Shown: positions 26,115-33,778 of the stretch, one piece after another
How the letters are laid out: each line of letters begins with the position of its first letter
Numbering within the stretch: position 1 is the stretch's first letter
Assembly (NCBI GenBank): GCA_035648655.1
Contig: DASRLC010000048.1
Location: forward strand, 1-46,833
Direction of reading: 5' to 3'
Length of the DNA: 46,833 bases
DNA from: Polyangia bacterium
GTDB taxonomy: Bacteria; Myxococcota_A; Polyangia; Fen-1088
Notes under the pieces: generated by a model
Databases searched by the model: none
What the model saw: only the letters and a program-made list of their open reading frames with translations
Told to the model about the DNA's origin: nothing
Translations under genes and position numbers: made by a program

Positions 26115-26288
26115 ATGACCAAATTCAAGTTGCTCAACGTCTGGACGGCAGAACGAACTCTGCCGGTCCCGCTCGCCGTGCGGCTCATCGCGCTGTTTCG
26201 GCTCACTGGCAGGCCACACGCCTTCGCCGTCAACGCCGGCCCATCACCGACCGTGACCGTCACGTTCGAGATGGCGACCCTCAGCTAA
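26115..26288 (+). CDS. Small hypothetical ORF (57 aa)
   Basis: Below the cutoff of the ORF track. ATG is preceded by the strong ribosome-binding site GGAAAGGAGGACCCAACCC. Third-position G/C is mostly high. No motif. Confidence 0.35.
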   Translation: MTKFKLLNVWTAERTLPVPLAVRLIALFRLTGRPHAFAVNAGPSPTVTVTFEMATLS

Positions 26289-26597
26289 TCCCGCGCCAAG
26301 GTCCCGAGGCCGCCGGCATCGCGCTGGCGGCCGTTTCGGGCCGACTACTTGTTCTGCAGCCGCTCGGCGAGCGCCAGCGTCGCCTCGACACCTCACTCCG
26401 CGCCGATGCTTGGATCTGCTGCGCACCTTCAGTAGGAAGGTGGCGATCTTATGCTTTCGGCGGATGCCAGCGTTGGTTGGCCAGTCTAATAGCGGCTTCC
26501 TTCAGCCCGCAACCGCAGGTCGTGGCGACGGCTCCAACGGCGGGCCTTCGGGGGCAGGCCTTAAGGTGTGACACACTAAGTCACGATGTGCGACTTC

Positions 26598-26626
26598 TTG
26601 TTTTGCGTCCTCACTTGAGGTACAAA
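26598..26626 (+). promoter_or_regulatory. Candidate sigma-70-type promoter
   Basis: TTGTTT-N17-TACAAA, about 30 nt upstream of the ATG at 26657. It is preceded by the small palindrome GTGTGACACAC at about 26565-26575. Confidence 0.3.
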
Positions 26627-26656
26627 AACAGGAAGTCGCCAGCCGAGGAGAGCCAA

Positions 26657-27379
26657 ATGAGCAAAGCCATTGTCGTTCACGAGGAGTCTAGCGCCGTCAA
26701 ATCCAGGCTCGCTGAGTTGGGGGTTCCCGACGAGCAAATGCTTCGCGACGCCGTCGCCGAGGGCGAGGTGACCAGGGCGTCGTTTCACAAGAACGTGCCG
26801 GGGATGGCGGTCGGTTGCGCCAAGTGGGGCACCATCGTGGGTGGCGTGCGCACGAGGCTCGTCCCGCACGGCTGGATCTCCAGCGGCCGGGGCCACCTGG
26901 AAGAGACCCTCAACCCCGAGACGAAGGTCTCCATCGTTGTGTCGACGGGCGACGATGTGACGGGCGTCAACGGCGACGCCGACCCGAAGACGAAGTATCC
27001 GAAGGGGATGGCCACGAAGGAGGCCATCAAGCAGAACAACGCGCAGTTGGATCTGTGGTCGAGGCTCTACCCGGGCGATCCGGCCTATATGCCCGGGTTC
27101 AAGCCAGACATCTCGCCTGCCGTCACCGCCAACGACGCCGGGACCGCCGCCGACAGCGACGGCATCATGACGTGGGTGCTCTTGGTCGTCCGGACCGACG
27201 ACGAAATCCGTTGCGAGTTGTCGCTCCCATACGGCATCGGAATCGACAATGTCGTCGAGTCGTGGGCGGAGCGGATCATCCTCAAACCCATCCCGCTCGA
27301 CGGCTCGTCGAAGGTCGAGGTCGTGCCGGTCGAGCCGACGCCCGAGATCGACGTGCTGGTCACGCGTCGGAAGTTGTAG
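26657..27379 (+). CDS. Hypothetical protein (240 aa), upstream partner of the XRE-ImmA/IrrE gene
   Basis: ATG preceded by GAGGAG. The composition is protein-like. No family was recognised by eye. Confidence 0.6.
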   Translation: MSKAIVVHEESSAVKSRLAELGVPDEQMLRDAVAEGEVTRASFHKNVPGMAVGCAKWGTIVGGVRTRLVPHGWISSGRGHLEETLNPETKVSIVVSTGDDVTGVNGDADPKTKYPKGMATKEAIKQNNAQLDLWSRLYPGDPAYMPGFKPDISPAVTANDAGTAADSDGIMTWVLLVVRTDDEIRCELSLPYGIGIDNVVESWAERIILKPIPLDGSSKVEVVPVEPTPEIDVLVTRRKL

Positions 27380-27390
27380 GAGAGCTGGTC

Positions 27391-28470
27391 ATGTTCAACC
27401 CCGAACGTCTGGCGCTAGCCCGGCGCCGACGGGGGATGACGAAGAAGGCGCTCGCCGACGCCGCGGAGATGTCCGTCAAGAGCATCTCCGACTACGAGAA
27501 CGATCATGCCGTTCCGTCGGAGGCGGCTGTTGCCGCCATCGGTCAAGCGCTTCGTTTCCCCGTCGAGTTCTTCGAGGGCCCGGACCTTGAATCCCCCACA
27601 GCTGACAACGCGAGCTTTCGCGCGATGTCGGCGATGACGGCCTCGCAGCGCGAGGCTGCCCTCGGCGCGGGCACGCTCGCTATGGTGCTCTGCGACTGGA
27701 TCCAGGCGCGCTTCGACCTGCCGAAGGTCGACGTACCCACCTACCGCGAGATAGACCCCGAGGCCGCCGCGGCATCGGTGCGCTCGGAGTGGAAGATCGG
27801 CGTCGCGCCGATCCGCAACATGATCCACCTGCTGGAAGTGAAGGGCGTCCGGGTCTTTTCGCTCGCCGAGCAGTGCCGCGAGGTCGACGCGTTCTCGCTG
27901 TGGTGGCGTGGGCAGGTGCCGGTCGTCTTCCTCAACACGATGAAGACGGCCGAGCACAGCAGGTTCGACGCTGCCCACGAGCTGGGGCACCTCGTGCTTC
28001 ACAAGAGGGGCACGCACGGCGGGCGCGAGGGCGAGTTGGAGGCCGACGCGTTCGCTTCTGCCTTCTTGATGCCGCGCGAGAGCGTGCTCGCCTCCGCGCC
28101 GAAGTTCGCGAGCCTCGACGCGATCGTGCGTCTCAAGAAGACGTGGAGTGTATCGGTCGCAGCCCTCAATCGAAGGTTGCACGACGTCGGTGCCGTGTCC
28201 GATTGGCACTACCGGAGCCTCTGCATCCAAATCGCGAAGTTGGGCTATCGGAAGAGCGAGCCGCAGGGCATCGAGCCCGAGCGGTCGCAGGTCCTCGAAA
28301 AGGTCCTTCAGGCGCTCAGGGAGGAAGAGATCGGCACGGCGGAGATCGCGCGCGAGCTGAAGCTCTCACGGCATGACGTCGACGAGCTGCTCTTCGGGCT
28401 GGCGACAGTACGAGTCGAAGGGGGAGGGCAGAAGACGCCGCGATCGAGAGACCATCTCCGACTCGTCTGA
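27391..28470 (+). CDS. XRE-family HTH fused to an ImmA/IrrE (COG2856) zinc metallopeptidase domain
   Basis: N-terminal HTH RRGMTKKALADAAEMSVKSISDYEND. HExxH motif in AAHELGHLVLH with downstream EADAFASAFLMP. Confidence 0.85.
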   Translation: MFNPERLALARRRRGMTKKALADAAEMSVKSISDYENDHAVPSEAAVAAIGQALRFPVEFFEGPDLESPTADNASFRAMSAMTASQREAALGAGTLAMVLCDWIQARFDLPKVDVPTYREIDPEAAAASVRSEWKIGVAPIRNMIHLLEVKGVRVFSLAEQCREVDAFSLWWRGQVPVVFLNTMKTAEHSRFDAAHELGHLVLHKRGTHGGREGELEADAFASAFLMPRESVLASAPKFASLDAIVRLKKTWSVSVAALNRRLHDVGAVSDWHYRSLCIQIAKLGYRKSEPQGIEPERSQVLEKVLQALREEEIGTAEIARELKLSRHDVDELLFGLATVRVEGGGQKTPRSRDHLRLV

Positions 28471-28599
28471 CCTAGGGGTGTGCGTGCCCGGAGCCGATCC
28501 CTGAAACGTCGACGAACTGGTCGCCTGGTGCAACAGGAACCCCGACATGGGGGCCGGGCTCATCGGATTCCTCTCATGTTTCGTTCGACGTCTCTGTCA

Positions 28600-29364
28600 T
28601 CACCCGCCCGCCGTCGTCGTCTGCTTCGTTCTGCGCTCTTCCCAGGTCGCCACTAGGAACGCAGCCAGCGAACCCGCGAGGTTAACCGTCAACTCAGCGT
28701 GTCGCGGCGCCGGTCGGACGGCTGCCTTTCCTTTTCCGTGCGCGTCGCTGAGGCGGTTCCGGATCCCCGCTAGTCCGTTTACGACCGTCGCGCAGCCCCC
28801 GAGGATCTGCTTGAAGACCTGCTCGGTGTGCTGACTAGGTGCAAGGTTGAGCGCACCCGCCGTCGCCGTGTATAGCCCCGGCAGTTCGACGTTGTCGCTG
28901 TACGCGACCTGAAGGTCGTCGAGGATGTGCTTGCACACCGTCTCGACGAGAGTCCGCGCCGCAGTGATGGCGCCCTCCGGGTCTCCCGTACGTCTTTCAA
29001 GCATTCGACGCCACGTATCGTGAACACCCTGCTCGTCTAGCGTCCTCAGTGCCAGGTCGGTGGTCCCGGCAAGTGGGGTCGTTTCCCCGCTCTCCAAGAA
29101 CGTGAGGAGCGGGTCGAACTCCGCTCGGATGAAGGCTCGCCGCTCCGCGTAGTGCCTGAATTTCCCCTTGATGTATTCCCAGAAGGCACCGGCATCGCGG
29201 CAGGTGCGAATGAAACGAGGGGCGCGGGCGGTGATCGAGGCGTCGGCGAGCATCTCCCGGCGGATTTCCCAAAAGAGGCGAGCGTCGCTTTCTCCACCGG
29301 TTGCGGCAGCGATGAGCATGTTCTGGAACTGCTCGATCCGTTCGAACTTGGAAAGCTCGGTCAC
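28600..29364 (-). CDS. Abi_C (abortive-infection C-terminal) domain protein
   Basis: GAITAARTLVETVCKHIL...GGCATVVNGLAGIRNRLSDAHGKG...HAELTVNLAGSLAAFL fits the Abi_C pattern. The start codon is GTG. Confidence 0.65.
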   Translation of the reverse strand: MTELSKFERIEQFQNMLIAAATGGESDARLFWEIRREMLADASITARAPRFIRTCRDAGAFWEYIKGKFRHYAERRAFIRAEFDPLLTFLESGETTPLAGTTDLALRTLDEQGVHDTWRRMLERRTGDPEGAITAARTLVETVCKHILDDLQVAYSDNVELPGLYTATAGALNLAPSQHTEQVFKQILGGCATVVNGLAGIRNRLSDAHGKGKAAVRPAPRHAELTVNLAGSLAAFLVATWEERRTKQTTTAGG

Positions 29365-29454
29365 TATTTCACATCTCTCCCGCGTCTCCCGACCTGCTTC
29401 CGTAGCGTTCCCGCGCTGATTCTTGTCCAGTCCGCGCGTTCTTCGACGACAACC

Positions 29455-30477
29455 CTACTCGTCGTTCTCGTCCGCCGGTTCCGGGACGTAGACCCGCTTG
29501 AGCGGGACCATGGCTTTGTATTTCGAGTCGAGTTGCTCGTAGTGCTCGAGGATCAGCTCGACGAGCTCGTCGCCGTCGATGAGGCGCAGATTCGACTTGT
29601 TCCGAGCGAAGGTGATCGCCTGCGGGCTGAAATATCCCAAGGTGACGACAAGGCCGAACTCGGTGGATCCGACTTTGCCGTAGAGCGCGCTCACCTCGGG
29701 ATCACCGACCTTGCCCTCGGTGCTCTTGACCTGGACTTTGACGATCGGAGGTTCGAATCCCAGCTCGTCCCGGTGCGCGACGATGTCAATCCCACCGTCG
29801 GTTCCCTCGGGCGAGACGCGCGTTCGGTAACCCATAGTGTTCAGCACGTGGGCGACGAAGGTAGCGAACGGATGACCCTTCGTCTCTTGCGCGAGCGCCT
29901 TGACGATGAAGTCGCGGGTCGTCTCCTCGACGTCCTGTTTAACCGCGACGATGGAGGTGTCTTCCTTGGCAGAAGCAACCTGCGCCACCGCCTTTCCCTC
30001 GGCGACGGCGCGGTACTCGTCCGCGTAGTTCTTGATCTGGAAGAGGCTGAGCGCCGATCCGATCTCGTACAGCGCTCCCTGCGAGAAGTGCGTACGCGGG
30101 ACGGCATCCAGCCACTTGACCTTGCGAAGGTTGGGATAACCCGGGTCCACCGACGGATCGTATCGGTACTCGTCTTCGACTCGACCGATGTGGATCTTTC
30201 GGTCCCGTTTCGAGGGGTAGGCGACCAGATCGCCCGTCTTCATGACCTTGATGAAGCGGAACATCTGGCCCCCGGTCGTCACCACCCAGAGTGGCTTTTG
30301 CTTCGCTCGGTCGGGCCAGGTCTTCGCGGCCAGGGCCTTGAATCCCTCACGGTCGGCGACCTTCGAGAGATCGCCAGCGTCCGCCCAGCCGATCCCGATG
30401 TAGCCCTTCGAGAGGAAGAGCGTGTCGGCGTCGCCGCTCTTCCCGCCGTGAATGCCCCAGATGACCGTCTCGCCCAT
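29455..30477 (-). CDS. Mrr-family (type IV-like) restriction endonuclease with an N-terminal putative reader domain
   Basis: C-terminal Mrr_cat-like PD-(D/E)xK core GTDGGIDIVAHRDELGFEPPIVKVQVKS. The N-terminal domain of about 160 aa (IWGIHGGK...GDLVAYP...GRVEDEYRYD...VKW) resembles PUA/EVE-like modified-base readers; that assignment is tentative. The start is taken at the ATG at 30477 and not at the upstream extension to 30702. Confidence 0.75.
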   Translation of the reverse strand: MGETVIWGIHGGKSGDADTLFLSKGYIGIGWADAGDLSKVADREGFKALAAKTWPDRAKQKPLWVVTTGGQMFRFIKVMKTGDLVAYPSKRDRKIHIGRVEDEYRYDPSVDPGYPNLRKVKWLDAVPRTHFSQGALYEIGSALSLFQIKNYADEYRAVAEGKAVAQVASAKEDTSIVAVKQDVEETTRDFIVKALAQETKGHPFATFVAHVLNTMGYRTRVSPEGTDGGIDIVAHRDELGFEPPIVKVQVKSTEGKVGDPEVSALYGKVGSTEFGLVVTLGYFSPQAITFARNKSNLRLIDGDELVELILEHYEQLDSKYKAMVPLKRVYVPEPADENDE

Positions 30478-30541
30478 CGTGGGAAGGAATCTTACTCCGA
30501 TCGGCGGACCTGCGGGTATGGCGCCAGCCGGCGCCCGATAG

Positions 30542-33500
30542 GTGGCTATGGACCGTCGAATTCGGTATCCTCCGGAGCTCGTGTCCCCCAACAGCGGCCT
30601 CTCTCCCCGCGATCGTCGCCGAGCCCTGGAGCAGCTTTCCCGCGAACGCCTGTCTGAGTTGACGACTCGGTTTGAGATCGACGTCGCCGACCGGCGGTCC
30701 AACGATTCTCACATCGATGCCATCGTCCGAAAGCGATCGTTCGACTTTGGCCGCGTGCTCGAGGTCCTTCTTCGCGAGGAGCTCCAGGGGGCCTGCGAAG
30801 CTCTAGGACTCGACTCCCGGGGGCGCGAAAAGGCGAAGCTAGTCGAACGCATTCTTGGGCGCGACCAGCACATCCCGCCGGACGAAGCGCCGCCGCCCGT
30901 GGATTCGTCCGAGGTCAAGACTCCCCCCCCGATAGATGCTGTCTCGACCGGCGCGCTGAAGTCGGAGTTGAGACGCTTCGTTGTAGAGGTGGCGGGCGGC
31001 TACAAGAGCCGCGACGCGGGCACGCAATTCACCTCCCGGCTGCTCCGCTGTTTCGGGTGGCCGGATGGGCAGGCCCCGGACGCCACGATGCCGGCAACCC
31101 TTTCGATCGTAGCGAACGGCGAGCGCACCACGAAGGACGTCGCGCTGCTCTGGAAGGCCCGGAGCGTGCTCGTCGAGGTGGTCAAGCATGACGTCATGCT
31201 CGACTTCGCGTGGAAAGACCTGCTCCGCGTGTGTCTTCAGATCGATCCGGTCCCGCAGTACGTAGTGCTGACGAATCAGCGGGATCTGCACCTCTACGAC
31301 CTCGTTCGGGACCGCGAAGCTCCTCGGTTGTCGATCCAGGTCGATGACCTGCCGAAGTACAGCGAGGCTTTCCCTTACCTGTCTACGGCCTGGGTGCCGG
31401 GGATGACGCCGAAGATCATCAACGTCTCCAAGGTCTCGCGCGAGGTTGCCGACCTCGTCGCCCGTCTCTACAGGAGCCTGAAAGAGCAGCACTCGAACCG
31501 CGAGAAAGATGTCGTCCAGTTCACACTTCAGTGCATCCTCACGATGTTCGCTGAAGACATTGGGCTGCTGCCTCAGGAGTACTTCACGACACTCTTATAC
31601 GACGGCGGGCGCGGAGGTGACGCGGAGAAGCGATTGCGCGAGCTCTTCGGCGTCATGGGCACCCGAGACGTCCCGGGACCTCGAGCGGTTCCGTTCTTCA
31701 ACGGTGGCCTGTTCACGGATCCGGTCACGCTCCCGCTCGGGGACGCGCAGCTTGGCGCGCTGACGAAAGCCTCCGAAGCGAACTGGAAATACGTCGACCC
31801 GCACATCTTCGGCAGCGTCTTCCAAGGCATCATGAACGACGCCGAGCGCCACAAGAGCGGCGCGCACTACACGGCACACGACGACATCATGCGCGTCGTG
31901 GGGCCCACGATCGTAGAGCCGTGGCGCCAGCGAATCCGCGGCGCAAAGTCACTCACCGAGCTACTCGAGGTCCGCACGGCACTTCTGAAGTTCCGCGTTC
32001 TCGATCCCGCGTGCGGTAGCGGGAACTTTCTCTACGTCGCCTTCCGCGAGCTCTACCGCCTAGACACCGAACTTCTGGCGCGCATCCGAGAGTTTCCGTC
32101 CACGCAGTCGGACGGCAAAGCGAAGGTTACTTGGGGCGTCGGCATCCAGACCGCGAACTTCTACGGTATCGACATCAACCCCTTCGCCGTCGAGCTAGCG
32201 AAGGTGACGTTGAACATCGCGAAGAAGATCGCCTTCGACGAACGTCGCGAGTTCGCCGCAGACATCGCGGGGCAGATCGAGCTCGATGTCGACCCCTCCC
32301 TTCCACTCGACAACCTGGACAAGAACATCGTGTGTGCGGATGCGCTGTTTTCGGCGTGGCCGGAAGTGGACGCGATCGTCGGAAACCCACCGTTCCTGGG
32401 AGGGCAAAAGATTCGGAAGGAGCTTGGTTCCGACTATCTGCAAAGGCTTCAGGAAACGACTGGTATCGATGGCGTGGTCGACATGGCTTGCTACTGGTTT
32501 CGGCGCGCGCATGACTGCCTGCGCGAAGGCGGTCGTGCCGGCCTAGTCGGGACGAGCGCTATCCGTGTCGGCAAGGCGCGTGAAGCGTCCCTTGACTATA
32601 TCGTTTCTCGCGGCGGCACCATCACGAATGCTGTGTCTTCACGTATCTGGCCTGGCGAAGCTGCTCTCAATGTCTCCATGGTGAACTGGGTGAAAGGGGA
32701 TGCGGTGGGCCCGTTTCATCTGATCGTTGATGACGAGACCTATGCCGTGGCGCGAATCGCTAGCCACCTTCAACTCCACAGCGATGTTAGCGAGACGCGC
32801 GTCATCAAGGCCAACGAAGGCGGCACCACCATGGGCGTGATCTTCGGACATGAGGCCTTCAGGTCAGATTCGGACGGGTTTCCCGTTCCCGACGAATGGA
32901 ACAGGACGTACGTGCGGCCTGTGGCGGGCGGTGATGACATGCTGCGAGGGCTGCTCGATTCTCAGCCCGACCACTGCATCTATCTCGCTGGCTGCGTCAG
33001 CGAGCAATCGGCGCGGGCAGCGGGGGGCGGCGCTTTCTCGCATCTCAAGAAGCACCTATTCCCATGGCTGCAGGAGCGGGCCGAGAGTGGCAAGGAAACA
33101 AACGACTACGCAACGTGGTTTCGCAAATGGTGGAAGCCACAGAAGCCACGCGAGGATTTCTTTGCCAGCCTGACGGGCCGAAGTCGCATGATGGTCTGTT
33201 CGAGTCCCCAGGCTCGGCCGATCTTCGTTTTCCTGTCGACCAAGTTCGTGCCCACGAACACCATGCAGATTTTCGCCTTCGACGACGACTACAGCTTCGG
33301 CATCATCCAGTCTGGGCTGCACTGGGAATGGACGAAGGCGAAAGGCGGGAAAGTTCGGGCAGACATTCGATATACGAGTGCCGTGTGGACAACCTTCCCG
33401 TGGCCGCAGGAGCCAAGCGAGAACGAGGTCGCGACCGTCGCCGAAGGGGCCCGGAACCTTCGCTGTGTCCGCGAAGCGCTCATGAAAGAGAACGGTTGGT

Positions 33501-33766
33501 CGCTCCGAGCGCTGTACCAAGCCGCCGAGATTACCGGTCGGCATCCGCTTAAGGACGCGCAAGCGGCCCTGGACGATGCCGTTCGGCAAGCGTACGGCAT
33601 GCCAGCTGATCAAGAGGCGACCGAGTTCCTCCTCGAGCTCAACAAGCTCGTCACGGAGGACGAAGCGGGCGGCAGGAAGGTTCAGGGCCCCGGCGTGCCG
33701 AAGGGGCTCGACGCACGCGATCCACGCTGGACAAGTGACGACTGCATCGAACCGCCTGGTGCGTGA
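30542..33766 (+). CDS. MmeI/PglX-like gamma-class N6-adenine DNA methyltransferase (type IIL/IIG-like architecture) with an N-terminal SAP-like extension
   Basis: Motif I LDPACGSGNFLY lies upstream of motif IV IVGNPPFLGG. The N-terminal MmeI-like module is QFTSRLLRCFGW...DVALLW...VLVEVVKH...QYVVLTNQRDLHLYDL. The C-terminal part YSFGIIQSGLHWEW...FPWPQ resembles the MmeI C-terminal region. The first roughly 110 aa contain a SAP/HeH-like LQGACEALGLDSRGREKAKLVERIL. The start is GTG 30542 or ATG 30548. Confidence 0.8.
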   Translation: MAMDRRIRYPPELVSPNSGLSPRDRRRALEQLSRERLSELTTRFEIDVADRRSNDSHIDAIVRKRSFDFGRVLEVLLREELQGACEALGLDSRGREKAKLVERILGRDQHIPPDEAPPPVDSSEVKTPPPIDAVSTGALKSELRRFVVEVAGGYKSRDAGTQFTSRLLRCFGWPDGQAPDATMPATLSIVANGERTTKDVALLWKARSVLVEVVKHDVMLDFAWKDLLRVCLQIDPVPQYVVLTNQRDLHLYDLVRDREAPRLSIQVDDLPKYSEAFPYLSTAWVPGMTPKIINVSKVSREVADLVARLYRSLKEQHSNREKDVVQFTLQCILTMFAEDIGLLPQEYFTTLLYDGGRGGDAEKRLRELFGVMGTRDVPGPRAVPFFNGGLFTDPVTLPLGDAQLGALTKASEANWKYVDPHIFGSVFQGIMNDAERHKSGAHYTAHDDIMRVVGPTIVEPWRQRIRGAKSLTELLEVRTALLKFRVLDPACGSGNFLYVAFRELYRLDTELLARIREFPSTQSDGKAKVTWGVGIQTANFYGIDINPFAVELAKVTLNIAKKIAFDERREFAADIAGQIELDVDPSLPLDNLDKNIVCADALFSAWPEVDAIVGNPPFLGGQKIRKELGSDYLQRLQETTGIDGVVDMACYWFRRAHDCLREGGRAGLVGTSAIRVGKAREASLDYIVSRGGTITNAVSSRIWPGEAALNVSMVNWVKGDAVGPFHLIVDDETYAVARIASHLQLHSDVSETRVIKANEGGTTMGVIFGHEAFRSDSDGFPVPDEWNRTYVRPVAGGDDMLRGLLDSQPDHCIYLAGCVSEQSARAAGGGAFSHLKKHLFPWLQERAESGKETNDYATWFRKWWKPQKPREDFFASLTGRSRMMVCSSPQARPIFVFLSTKFVPTNTMQIFAFDDDYSFGIIQSGLHWEWTKAKGGKVRADIRYTSAVWTTFPWPQEPSENEVATVAEGARNLRCVREALMKENGWSLRALYQAAEITGRHPLKDAQAALDDAVRQAYGMPADQEATEFLLELNKLVTEDEAGGRKVQGPGVPKGLDARDPRWTSDDCIEPPGA

Positions 33767-33778
33767 TGGGGGCAGAAC

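Noticed and set aside
29745-29765. GGTTCGAATCCC, which resembles a tRNA T-loop
   Set aside because: The flanking bases cannot form a T-stem (GGAGG versus CCCAG), no acceptor or anticodon arms can be drawn, and the sequence lies inside the Mrr-like coding region.
29152-30657. 501-aa plus-strand ORF overlapping the Mrr-like gene, plus similar long shadow ORFs: 2030-2779 minus, 3702-4541 minus, 10564-11283 minus, 27415-28230 minus, 34661-35968 minus, 44344-45108 plus, 46110-46787 minus
   Set aside because: Each lies antisense to, or off-frame from, a gene with clear family motifs. Each has the Arg/Ala/Gly/Pro/Leu-rich composition typical of non-coding frames in high-GC DNA.
30478-30702. Upstream extension of the Mrr-like ORF to 30702 (415 aa)
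   Set aside because: The extra 75 residues are Arg/Ser-rich and overlap the start of the divergent methyltransferase gene. The ATG at 30477 begins the conserved-looking domain and has a GGAG upstream.
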